DNA of 64,000 nucleotides from Candidatus Nomurabacteria bacterium. Lineage in GTDB: Bacteria > Patescibacteriota > Minisyncoccia > Phycocordibacterales > CALRBL01. The translations under genes were made by a program, and so were the position numbers. The notes beneath the pieces are model-generated. The model was not told the DNA's origin. It saw nothing but the letters and a program-made list of their open reading frames with translations, and made no database searches. How positions within the stretch are numbered: the first letter of the stretch is position 1; every line of letters begins with the position of its first letter. Shown piece after piece: positions 33,450 to 42,404 of this stretch. The DNA is taken from assembly GCA_963834935.1 (NCBI GenBank), contig CAWIDS010000003.1, forward strand, positions 121,373-185,372, written 5' to 3'.

Positions 33450-34154
33450 ATGTTCAATTTGACACAAATAATAACCTATGCGTCGCTCGGCGGCATCATT
33501 CCATGCCTTTTCTGGCTCATCTTCTGGCTGCGTGAGGACAGCGCGAAGCCTGAACCCGTCCGGATGATACTGGCATGCTTCGTGGCGGGAATGATCACCA
33601 CCATTATCGTCTTCCCCTTTGAATACTTCGTCACCCTCCTGGTAAAAAGCGACAGCAGCATAGCAGTGGTGCTCTGGGCAGTCATCGAGGAAAGCTTCAA
33701 GCTCATAGCCTGCTATCTTATCGCTTTAAGAAGCAAGTACTACGATGAGCCTATCGATGCAGTCATCTACATGGTCGTCATCGCTCTTGGTTTCGCCGCC
33801 CTTGAGAATACTTTCTTCCTTATCGGTCCACTTTCAGCAGGAAATACCCTCGACAGTGTCATTACAGGCAATCTGCGTTTCATCGGCTCGAGCCTGCTCC
33901 ACACTCTCGCCTCCGGCACCATCGGAGTGTTCATAGCCTTCGGTTTCTACAAGATCATCAAGGAGAAGGAGAAGTTCCTGGCTGTCGGCCTGCTGTGCGC
34001 AATCATATTGCACACCCTTTTCAATTTTTTTATACTGCAAGAGAATGGCGACCACACCTTCCTGGTATTCGGAAGCGTCTGGGTGCTTCTAGTGGCTTTT
34101 ATCGTGGTACTAGAGAAGATAAAGGGTATTACAAGGAATAAAGCTGTGATATGA
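33450..34154 (+). CDS. prsW: PrsW-family intramembrane metalloprotease
   Basis: IEESFK, GFAALEN, LLHT, LHTLFN. Confidence 0.88.
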   Translation: MFNLTQIITYASLGGIIPCLFWLIFWLREDSAKPEPVRMILACFVAGMITTIIVFPFEYFVTLLVKSDSSIAVVLWAVIEESFKLIACYLIALRSKYYDEPIDAVIYMVVIALGFAALENTFFLIGPLSAGNTLDSVITGNLRFIGSSLLHTLASGTIGVFIAFGFYKIIKEKEKFLAVGLLCAIILHTLFNFFILQENGDHTFLVFGSVWVLLVAFIVVLEKIKGITRNKAVI

Positions 34155-34164
34155 TATATCCAAT

Positions 34165-34662
34165 ATGAAGAAAAAAACATTTTTTGAAAAACTAACGGGA
34201 GGAATCAACGTCGACGAATATGAAGAGGAAGAAATCATGGAAATGGATGAACGGCGAGCTCCTACGGCATCCCTCAAGATAAAGGATTCCTCAAGCGAGT
34301 GGCTTGAAGAAGCTGCGCATGAAGGACAGCTCACTGTGGACGTCTACCAGACTGCCAACAGCATCATCATCAAAACGCTTGTCGCCGGCGTGCGTCGAGA
34401 AGACCTCGACATCTCCATCTCGCGCGACATGGTCACTATCAAAGGCAAGCGAGAAGAGGAACGAAACATCTCGGAAGACGATTACTTCCATAAAGAGCTC
34501 TACTGGGGAGCATTCTCTCGCACCATCATGCTTCCTCACGAGATAGACATCGACGGCTCGGAAGCCACTGAGAATCTCGGCCTTCTGGTCATCAAGCTGC
34601 CGAAGATCGACAAGGAAAAGCAGACCAAGCTCCGAGTGATGAAATCGCTGGGAAATAGCTAA
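34165..34662 (+). CDS. Hsp20/alpha-crystallin small heat-shock protein
   Basis: VDVYQT, ELYWGAFSRTIMLP, GLLVIKLPK. Confidence 0.9.
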   Translation: MKKKTFFEKLTGGINVDEYEEEEIMEMDERRAPTASLKIKDSSSEWLEEAAHEGQLTVDVYQTANSIIIKTLVAGVRREDLDISISRDMVTIKGKREEERNISEDDYFHKELYWGAFSRTIMLPHEIDIDGSEATENLGLLVIKLPKIDKEKQTKLRVMKSLGNS

Positions 34663-34674
34663 CCCAAAATGACG

Positions 34675-34702
34675 AAAAAAACCGGACTCATTCCGGTTTT
34701 TT
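34675..34702. terminator. Bidirectional terminator
   Basis: aaaaaaaccgga-ctcat-tccggtttttt between convergent hsp20 and tRNA-Phe. Confidence 0.75.
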
Positions 34703-34716
34703 CTTTCGTTTCGACA

Positions 34717-34792
34717 TGGTGCCGAGGACCAGATTTGAACTGGTGACCCCACGCTCTTCAGGCGTATGCTCTACCAACTGAGCTACCTCGGC
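34717..34792 (-). tRNA. tRNA-Phe (GAA)
   Basis: GCCGAGGTAGCTCAGTTGGTAGAGC...CT-GAA-GA...GTTCAAATC...CTCGGCACCA. Confidence 0.95.
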
Positions 34793-34833
34793 ATTTTAAT
34801 TTAACTACCAAAACAGCATACCTCACCACTGTT

Positions 34834-35094
34834 TTACTTCGTGAAATAATTCTTGAACGTGTCTGAAATCCCCTGCTGGGTGTTTTGGATGCTCTGATAG
34901 GTCTGCACTATATTGCTGATGTATGGCTTGGCGTAATAGTAGGCGTAGACCGCGCCTCCGGCGAAGATGACGATATAGACAAGCCTATAAATGAATGCTA
35001 TGCGGTTGCTGGTGCGAAGGCCGCGTAAGATGCGGTTATTCTCTTCGCCTAAGGCAAGGTTTTTCTCTAAAAGCTCTTTTAATTCTTCATCCAT
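34834..35094 (-). CDS. Hypothetical single-TM protein
   Basis: MDEELKELLEKNLALGEENNRILR followed by a TM helix. Confidence 0.7.
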   Translation of the reverse strand: MDEELKELLEKNLALGEENNRILRGLRTSNRIAFIYRLVYIVIFAGGAVYAYYYAKPYISNIVQTYQSIQNTQQGISDTFKNYFTK

Positions 35095-35117
35095 ACGAAT
35101 ATGACTATAACAGAAAA

Positions 35118-35999
35118 TCATGAGGCCCGCCAGCGGGCGAAAATGCCTGCTGGAAGGAGCCTCTTTGAGGCGCTTTCCTCGATGACAAGCTCTCCCGACT
35201 CGATGACGCCGCCTTTTTTCTCCTTGATTGAAAGAAGGTTATTCGCATAAGCAACAGGCGAGTAACCTGCCGAATATCCGTTGATGAGGAAGAAAAGTCC
35301 TTCTTCGTGGAGAAGCTGTTTAGCACCCTCGATTAACGGAAGAAGATCAGTCTCAATGTCCCAGACTTCCCTTTTCGGGCCGTGGCCGTAGGAAGGCGGA
35401 TCCATAATGATGCCGTGATAGCGGTTGCCTCGGCGGATCTCGCGTGCAACGAATTTCTTGACGTCATCGGCGATCCAGCGCACTTTCCTGTCTTGAAGGC
35501 CGGAGAGCTCGGCATTCTTGCGTGCATTCTCGATGATGCCGGAGGAGGCATCCACATGCACGACTTCCGCTCCCACTTTGAGGCACGCAAGGGTCGCACC
35601 GCCTGTGTAGGCGAAGAGGTTGAGCACTGAGACCGTGTCACGCGTCTTCAGCCTTTCTTCAATCACTTCACCGAGCCACTGCCAATTCGAGAACTGCTCG
35701 GGAAAGACACCAGTGTGTTTGAATGAGCCGAGAGTCGATGAGAATGAAATGCCTTCGAAGGAGGTCACCCACGTCTCTGGGATCTGCTTGTCCGAGAGCA
35801 TGCGCCATTTTCCTTTTCCCCCAATGCTTTCAAAAGCTGCGTCAGCCTTTTCCCACTCCTGCGCCGCCAGACCTTTCTGATACAGGGCTTGCGCATCCGG
35901 GCGGCGAAGGATAAAGCCCCGGAATCGCTCGAGCTTCTCACCTTCTCCGCTGTCGAGAAGCTCGTAGTCTTTTGAGGATTTGGTGATGAGGTTATTCAT
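35118..35999 (-). CDS. Class I SAM methyltransferase (RlmI/RlmK-like)
   Basis: YELLDSGEGEKLERF, LNLFAYTGGA, IIMDPPSYG. Confidence 0.88.
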   Translation of the reverse strand: MNNLITKSSKDYELLDSGEGEKLERFRGFILRRPDAQALYQKGLAAQEWEKADAAFESIGGKGKWRMLSDKQIPETWVTSFEGISFSSTLGSFKHTGVFPEQFSNWQWLGEVIEERLKTRDTVSVLNLFAYTGGATLACLKVGAEVVHVDASSGIIENARKNAELSGLQDRKVRWIADDVKKFVAREIRRGNRYHGIIMDPPSYGHGPKREVWDIETDLLPLIEGAKQLLHEEGLFFLINGYSAGYSPVAYANNLLSIKEKKGGVIESGELVIEESASKRLLPAGIFARWRAS

Positions 36000-36619
36000 T
36001 ATTTTCTATTATTTGAAGTCCAAATATCATTCCACCAATCAGAAGGATTTACTTCATACATTACCTTACCAAGCTTCTTTCCTGTCTCTGTCTTGAGTTT
36101 TTCTATTTGAGCATTTATTTTTGAATTACCTTTACCGTAAAGCCAGATTGTTGCTTCTTTATTTCCTGCCCAATCATATTCTCTCAAAAGAAGTATTTGA
36201 TCCAAAAGATCTGCTTCCTTAGCTAAAATAGCTTCCCTGCTTTCTCTTTCTTTGTATTCAGTGACAAAATCCTTCAATTCAGGATAAGGTAAACCTCCTA
36301 GCTGTTCATTATCAATTTCATCTTCAAAAATCTTAATGTATTTCTTATGTATCCAATTATGATCATTACTCCTTACTTCGGCCATGTCATGCAGAAGACT
36401 CATCATTACTGTTTTATATGGATCAGCTCCTTCTTCTTTTGCTAAAAACCAGCTTATAACCGCTACTCTATACGAATGGGAAGCAATACTGTCAGACATA
36501 TCATCGGTCAAAAACACCTGACGATGCATTCGCATCAGTTTCCTCATCGTACCAATTTCATACAAAAAATTTACAATCTCCTTTTGATTTTTATTCTTTT
36601 GCGGTTTTTTAGACTTCAT
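35999..36619 (-). CDS. HD-domain phosphohydrolase (YfbR-like)
   Basis: SIASHSYRV...LLHDMAE...ADLLD. Confidence 0.85.
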   Translation of the reverse strand: MKSKKPQKNKNQKEIVNFLYEIGTMRKLMRMHRQVFLTDDMSDSIASHSYRVAVISWFLAKEEGADPYKTVMMSLLHDMAEVRSNDHNWIHKKYIKIFEDEIDNEQLGGLPYPELKDFVTEYKERESREAILAKEADLLDQILLLREYDWAGNKEATIWLYGKGNSKINAQIEKLKTETGKKLGKVMYEVNPSDWWNDIWTSNNRK

Positions 36620-36632
36620 TAAATTAAGCGTG

Positions 36633-36704
36633 TGCCATCGACAGGAATCGAACCTGTATCGACTCGTTAGGAGTGAGCCGTTCTATCCATTGAACTACGA
36701 CGGC
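36633..36704 (-). tRNA. tRNA-Arg (CCT)
   Basis: GCCGTCGTAGTTCAATGGATAGAAC...CT-CCT-AA...GGTTCGATTCC...GATGGCA. Confidence 0.92.
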
Positions 36705-36730
36705 ATAGAAACAGCTTAACCGCTAAAGGC

Positions 36731-36970
36731 TTATGCCGCAATACCGAGAAGATTTGAGAGGTTTTCCTTGTCGAAACCGATAATGATGTCGTTGTCGATG
36801 ATGGTGACTGGCACGCCCATCTGGCCGCTTCTGTCGAGCATCTCGGCGCGCTTTGTAGCATCGCTGGCAACGTCGTATTCAGTATAGGCGACATTGTGTT
36901 CCTTGAAGAAGTCCTTGGTCATCTTGCAATAGGTGCAGTTCGGGGTGCTATATATTGTTACGTTTTTCAT
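36731..36970 (-). CDS. Glutaredoxin/NrdH-like redoxin
   Basis: YSTPNCTYC, SGQMGVPV, IGFD. Confidence 0.92.
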   Translation of the reverse strand: MKNVTIYSTPNCTYCKMTKDFFKEHNVAYTEYDVASDATKRAEMLDRSGQMGVPVTIIDNDIIIGFDKENLSNLLGIAA

Positions 36971-36984
36971 ATGCTGGCATTATA

Positions 36985-37368
36985 TCATTTCTTGAATACG
37001 CCTGTCACCTTTTGCCAGAAACTTCCCCACCACGAAGTCGTAGCGGTCGAGGTCGGCGTATCTTCAGGCTTGTCGACGATGACCATAATATTCTCGCCGT
37101 CCTTGGCTACCTGGAATTTGTCGCGTATTTCCTCTTCCACACCTGAACTGCTCTGCAGGCGTGTCGTCTCATCCTGAAGGCTTTGCTGACGCTGCATGAG
37201 ATCGTTCAATTCAGCCTGAGCACGAGCGGCATTCTCGCTGCTTTCCTTTTCTTTCTGGTAAAGGCTCCAATTGCCGCGTATGAGAAGGAGAATGACAAGT
37301 GCCATTCCTGCAATCATAAGCTTCGGGCGGAGCGAACCTTTCTTTTTCTTCTGTTGAAATTCCTTCAT
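36985..37368 (-). CDS. Septum formation initiator (FtsB/DivIC-like)
   Basis: Basic N-terminus, TM helix, coiled coil, GVEEEIRDKFQVAKDGE. Confidence 0.75.
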   Translation of the reverse strand: MKEFQQKKKKGSLRPKLMIAGMALVILLLIRGNWSLYQKEKESSENAARAQAELNDLMQRQQSLQDETTRLQSSSGVEEEIRDKFQVAKDGENIMVIVDKPEDTPTSTATTSWWGSFWQKVTGVFKK

Positions 37369-37394
37369 AGAGGTGTATGATGACAGTATATCTC

Positions 37395-37496
37395 ATGTTA
37401 TTCCATCCTAAAAACAAGAAGCTGGTACAGGTCATCTGGACCGTCCTCTGCATACTCATCGTCATATCGATGATCCTTCTGTATATCCCCCACTAA
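37395..37496 (+). CDS. 33-aa single-TM small protein
   Basis: Hand translation MLFHPKNKKLVQVIWTVLCILIVISMILLYIPH*; below the ORF-track cutoff. Confidence 0.6.
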   Translation: MLFHPKNKKLVQVIWTVLCILIVISMILLYIPH

Positions 37497-37546
37497 AGAG
37501 AGGTCAAAAAAGCCGGCCCTGACGGGTCGGCACTGCAAGCTGAAGT

Positions 37547-38368
37547 TCAGCCGGCAATTAGAGAAGCGGAATCGCCACCGAGGTGCATCGGCTCGCCTAA
37601 CTTTCTGCTCAGAAGGTGCCTGACCGTACTTACGGTCTTCTTGCCTCCTATCACCCTGATCGGTATCGTCTTGCCAAATTCTCCTCCGTCATCGGCGGAG
37701 AACCTGAGCTGCGTCATGTCTTCAGCAACGCTCCAACGGCCAGTACCAAAAGCCTGATCCAAAGCCTGCTGGCAATCCTGACGGAGCCTGTTCTTGATGA
37801 AGCCCTTGAGGAAATTGCGATTGAGGCAGAGGATCAGAGTCTGACGTTCCCTGTTTGATTTGAACCTGTCGCAGACGATGACTTCTGAAGACCTCCTTCT
37901 CAGATGCCGAAATTCCATCGACGTAGCAAGATGCTGCATCAAACGGACATCGAGGATGTAAACATACTGGAGCTCGTTAGCAAGTATGACTCGCCTTTCG
38001 GTCCTGCCGATCTTCCTGCTCAGAAGTTTTGACTTGCCACGCTTTCCATGCTTGACCGAGGTGTGGATGCCCATGTAAAACACAAGAGCATACACTCCCA
38101 TGCTAACTTGCACCAGGAAGCCGGTCCCTTCGGTTTCTTTGTGGAGATTCGCAATCTGGCCTACTGTCGGACGATGAGCATGTCTGCCATTACACATCTT
38201 GACTTGGACTGCTAACTTCTGCCGACTGATGTAAACATCGGCAAGGTTGACGAATTCTTCTTCTTGAGAGACAACGGTTCCGCCGACAAGGTGAGCTAAT
38301 AGCTCTTCCCCGAAAGCAGAAACGGTTCCAATGACACGATCTGACGCTGCACAAAAATTCTTCTGCAA
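37547..38368 (-). CDS. Hypothetical protein with a PD-(D/E)XK-like motif
   Basis: AFGEEL...LADVYISRQKLAVQVK fits E...D-x(9)-QxK; basic protein. Confidence 0.5.
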   Translation of the reverse strand: MQKNFCAASDRVIGTVSAFGEELLAHLVGGTVVSQEEEFVNLADVYISRQKLAVQVKMCNGRHAHRPTVGQIANLHKETEGTGFLVQVSMGVYALVFYMGIHTSVKHGKRGKSKLLSRKIGRTERRVILANELQYVYILDVRLMQHLATSMEFRHLRRRSSEVIVCDRFKSNRERQTLILCLNRNFLKGFIKNRLRQDCQQALDQAFGTGRWSVAEDMTQLRFSADDGGEFGKTIPIRVIGGKKTVSTVRHLLSRKLGEPMHLGGDSASLIAG

Positions 38369-38504
38369 GGCTTGCTCCTCTCTAATTGGTTAAAGGTTCA
38401 ACGTACAAATTCACGCTTATTATATCGCCAGGAGATGAAAATGGATATGAAAATAAACTTATACAATAAAAAAAGACCGGCGGTAAGGCCGGTCAGGAGC
38501 GAAA

Positions 38505-39785
38505 TCAACGCTCCATCACGATTTTGGCGAAGCGAATCGTCGGATCGATGCGCGCTTTGCGAGTCCCAGAGAAGGAATGATGGTCGAGGAAATGATCCTG
38601 TTCTGATGAGGGTATGACTCTCAGCCTTTCAGGCATCAATTTTCCGCCGACATAGTAACCACCAGAAGTGATGTTGTACCGGCAATGATCCTGGACCGGG
38701 CAGTTGCCACAGCTTCTCTCGAAGCGTCTGACTCGCCCTGCGACGGAAAACAGCGTTTCTGCAGACCATTTCAAGCCGATATACCGCTTCCTTCCTTTGG
38801 GCACTTCCTGATCAGCAGGAAACTCAATAGCAAATGACCCTTCATCAAGGAGCGTTCCTCTATCTCTTTCCTCCCTGGCGACCTTTTTCAGCTTGTCCTC
38901 GCGGCGGGAATCGACCACGTACCCGGAATTGCCCGGGTTATCGCGGCAGAATGATCTCGAGAGAAGCCAAAGACAGTCGGTCAGGGCGATCGGCGATATC
39001 TTGGAATTCCTGCAATACCACTCAGTCACTTCCCGCGCAAGCCGCTGGGTCTCTGCCGTCATGAAATCGACACCTACTGCTTGCTTGGCATTCATTCCGC
39101 GCACCCGAAGGATCTGATTTGAAGTCAGCAATCGCAGGATATGGAAATCGACTGGTACCGGCGCGTAGAACATCGGCACGAGCTTGGCGTCCATCAGGAA
39201 GTAGGCAATCATGGCGACCATCTTTTCCCGGAAAAACATGAATCCGTGAGGCTTGTCATCATTCCGGAAATCTCCGTTGCTGCCAATCGTCTTGCCTTTG
39301 ATGCGCTTTGTAAGCTTCGAGAATCTTCGGACGGTCATGCATCAGTAGGCACGGATTCCTTTCCAGAACCGTGCTAGCTTTCTCATGTTGTAAACCCAGC
39401 CGAGGGAATTCTCTTGTGCACGCTGACCGAGACGATGCTCGACAAGCGCTCCATTGATTTCCGTAATCTGCTCCCTTGTCCTTTGAGGCCCCCAATCATC
39501 GTAGTCATACGGATTGAAGAGGTCCGGCCTTTTCTCATGCATCTCCTTGAGCAAGGATGCGGCAGTGTCGCTTTCGACGCCGCCGCGCATCCACAAGCAA
39601 AGCAGGAAGAGGAAGACCGCATGCTGCGCGCTACCCTTTTCCAGGTTTGAAGGAAGGAATTGGTCAGCTTGGGGCACGTGAGCCCTGTTGTAAGGTGGCC
39701 CTTTTTCCGAGAGCCGTTGAATCAAAGCGTTAAAGACCACTCGGGCCTGGCGCTTATCTGCGTAGAACCGAATTTTTTCATTCAT
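38505..39785 (-). CDS. HhH-GPD DNA glycosylase-like protein (frameshifted near 39340-39360)
   Basis: GFMFFREKMVAMI (HhH-like), PVPVDFHILRL, LWLLSRSFC...CGNCPVQDHC. Confidence 0.65.
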
Positions 39786-39830
39786 AAATGTGCTTGGACT
39801 TCGCCTAGCTTAGCAAAAATCCAGAAAAAG

Positions 39831-39858
39831 CCAAATCCCGCCTTTCAGCGGGATTTGG
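39831..39858 (-). terminator. rnpB terminator
   Basis: ccaaatcccgc/gcgggatttgg stem with a U-run on the minus strand. Confidence 0.7.
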
Positions 39859-40151
39859 GTGCGTCTATAAGCCGAATTCTGTATTGGACGATCATTTATC
39901 TGGGCCTTTGATCACTCAAAGGCTCGAGCGGCACTCGCCGATTACCGCCGTTTCGGGCATAAATCAGCGCACGGCCTTGCACAGAAGTAAGGATTTTGCC
40001 GTTTCACCCTCCGCTTGCGCGGAGGCTCGTCTCTGTTCGCACCTCGGCCATCGCTGGCGACGGGAATTACCCGCTACTCTTGGCTCTTGCGAGCCGCTGT
40101 GTTCGGACTTTCCTCCCTGCCTTTCGGCAAGAGCGATCATCTGGCGCACTC
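39857..40151 (-). ncRNA. rnpB: RNase P RNA (compact, ~295 nt)
   Basis: GAGGAAAGTCCGAAC near the 5' end, ACAGAATTCGGCTTAT near the 3' end, P1 GAGTGCG/CGCACCC. Confidence 0.95.
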
Positions 40152-40161
40152 GGCTACTTTA

Positions 40162-40698
40162 CTATTTTGAAGAGGTGTTGTCTACTAAAGTGATCTTGCT
40201 TCCCACCTGGACATTATGCTGATCGAAGAATCCAGCATTAACTTCAAGCACGTACTTCGAAGGAACATCCGAACCGAAAGTCTCAGGATAGGTGCTCGGC
40301 GACACGTTCTTTTCCTCATGAACGATAGTAAAGTCGCTGCCAAGCCATGCGATATCGAGTGGATAGATCATGTCTTTCATCCATATCTGTGGGTTACCGA
40401 GCGAATCGAATACGAAAAGCATTCCCTTGTTGTCATCAAGATAAAATGAGCCTCCGAGACCGCGCTCCCTTTCAGCTTCGGTGGAAGCAAGATCAACTGA
40501 TATTTGTGTATCGCCAATCGAAATCGGCACAGGAATCTTGTCATTCGAGCTGAGGTCTATCGATATCTCCTGATCAAGGCTGTTCTGCTGGAGGCTTTTG
40601 ACATAGGGGATGAATACGTAAAATATCGCCGCCACGATAAGCAACACGGCGACAAGAATGAGTATCTTCTTTAAGCTGCCGGCATGATCATAATCCAT
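40162..40698 (-). CDS. DUF192 domain protein
   Basis: ERERGL, GMLFVF, IWMKDMIYPLDI, YVLEVNAG. Confidence 0.88.
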   Translation of the reverse strand: MDYDHAGSLKKILILVAVLLIVAAIFYVFIPYVKSLQQNSLDQEISIDLSSNDKIPVPISIGDTQISVDLASTEAERERGLGGSFYLDDNKGMLFVFDSLGNPQIWMKDMIYPLDIAWLGSDFTIVHEEKNVSPSTYPETFGSDVPSKYVLEVNAGFFDQHNVQVGSKITLVDNTSSK

Positions 40699-40727
40699 GA
40701 CCTGATTATATATGATATCCTGGAAGC

Positions 40728-41102
40728 ATGCACAGGTTCGAAATCACCTACAGCCTCGCAAAATGCCCCTTCGGCTGGTGCGTCCTCGGTATGAACGGCA
40801 GCAGGATATGTGGTCTTTCTTTTTTGGAGAGCGATGACAAGAAAAAGGCCGCAGCGATGATCAGAAAATTTTCGATTCCCTTCGGAGAAACAGTGAACTA
40901 CTCGGATATTGCCAGAACCATCAAATCGCCCCGAGCTGTCAGGGCCGTCGGCACCGCCTGCGGCAGGAACCCTATCAATTTCATTATTCCCTGCCATCGC
41001 GTCCTCACCTCCGATGGTGGCCTTGGCGGATACAATAGCGGCATCAAGAGAAAGAAAGAAATAGTGGAATGGGAAGCGGAGTTGCGGACGAAAGGTAAAT
41101 AA
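40728..41102 (+). CDS. ogt: O6-methylguanine-DNA methyltransferase
   Basis: IPFGETVNYSDIA, RAVGTACGRNP, PCHRV. Confidence 0.9.
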   Translation: MHRFEITYSLAKCPFGWCVLGMNGSRICGLSFLESDDKKKAAAMIRKFSIPFGETVNYSDIARTIKSPRAVRAVGTACGRNPINFIIPCHRVLTSDGGLGGYNSGIKRKKEIVEWEAELRTKGK

Positions 41103-41127
41103 AAAAGTCCCGCACTGAGCGAGACAT

Positions 41128-41596
41128 TCAAGCAAACGTGGCAGGCTTGTAGGAAAATTCCTTGACCACCGTCCCTTCCGCATTGAAGTTAACCGTAGCT
41201 TCGATTCTTTCCCCCAGCAAGAACGAGCGGAAGCCATTCCACATCGTCAATCCACATCTTTTTATAAGGAATATCCGAAAGTGGATACCATTTTGGCCGC
41301 ATCTCTTTCGTCTCAGCCGGCTCCCCTTGCCACTGTCGCGCAAAGAAAACATAGCAATCGAAGATGTGATTCCCATCGAAATAGAAATGAAGGAAGGCGA
41401 CCTGGACGAGATCTTCTTCCTCAGCAACGAGACAAAATTCCTCATTGAGCTCGCGTGCGGCTGCAGTCTTGATGCTTTCGTTCCCTTCGATCTTGCCGCC
41501 GGGCCCATTTATTTTTCCTTCGCCAAAGCCCTCCAATTTCAAACCAAGAAGAATCTCATCAGGCTTCAGGCAAAAACAAAGCGTTGTTTTTTTCAT
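41128..41596 (-). CDS. NUDIX hydrolase, 8-oxo-dGTPase-like (frameshift at a G-run near 41211)
   Basis: GPGGKIEGNESIKTAAARELNEE Nudix box; EMRPKWY...IPYKKMW; C-terminus continues in another frame. Confidence 0.85.
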
Positions 41597-41653
41597 ATAC
41601 ACCGTTAAGGTTTAGAGTATGATAGCATGAATCGTCTCCTAAGGACTATTCTG

Positions 41654-42403
41654 CTAATCTGTCCATTCCGATATCACCTTCTTTGTCTCTTCAGGACCGC
41701 TTACCTGAATACAATCCACGCCAGCAGCCTTGGCAGGATAGTCATTGCCGCCAGGAAAAATAGCATCGCCGACAAAAAGCATCCGGCTTATCGGCACGCT
41801 GAGAAACTCAGACAATTTTGCTATTCCATATGCCTTATCGACGCCTTTTAGGGTTATGTCGATGGAAGTCGTGCCGCCGATATGAATATCGAATTCAGGC
41901 AATTCCTTTCTCAAAATATCTGTTATCTGATTGCGCTTCCTTTTATCGGGATCCCAAGCCTCCTTGAGCTCCAACGGTGCGTTCTGGCCTAAAGCGGAAA
42001 AAGTTATCTGAGAGCCGCGATCCTCTATCGCTTCGCCATAAATTTCCTTCGGAGCGATGTATCTTTCAGAGGAAAGGGCTTCGTTCAATCTGCTTATTAT
42101 CTTTTCCTTGTCAGCAGCGGAAAAGTCCAGCGCGTATTGCTCACGCCATCCGTCCTGCCACGCATACAGCCTCGAGCCCGATGTAGGTAAAAGAAAAAGA
42201 TTCGAAAGCTGCGCTGGGCCACAGGTTATCCTGCTCAGAAATTGATCCTGAAACTGCGAATAAGCGCCGCCAGAAATGACCGCTACTTTCTTTTTCATCA
42301 GGAGGCGCGCGATCAGCGCTGCCATATCGTCATCAATGGCAGATTTGCTGACTGCAAGAGTGCCGTCCAAATCAAAGATGATAAGCTCCTTGTCCGGTTT
42401 CAT
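41654..42403 (-). CDS. HAD-IIB hydrolase, phosphomannomutase-like
   Basis: FDLDGTL, IEDRGSQITFSALG, GGTTSIDI, GDAIFPGGND. Confidence 0.85.
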   Translation of the reverse strand: MKPDKELIIFDLDGTLAVSKSAIDDDMAALIARLLMKKKVAVISGGAYSQFQDQFLSRITCGPAQLSNLFLLPTSGSRLYAWQDGWREQYALDFSAADKEKIISRLNEALSSERYIAPKEIYGEAIEDRGSQITFSALGQNAPLELKEAWDPDKRKRNQITDILRKELPEFDIHIGGTTSIDITLKGVDKAYGIAKLSEFLSVPISRMLFVGDAIFPGGNDYPAKAAGVDCIQVSGPEETKKVISEWTD

Positions 42404-42404
42404 A

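Noticed and set aside
41189-41230. NUDIX frameshift as phase variation
   Set aside because: It falls in a short G5 run, which fits the homopolymer errors seen elsewhere in the assembly.
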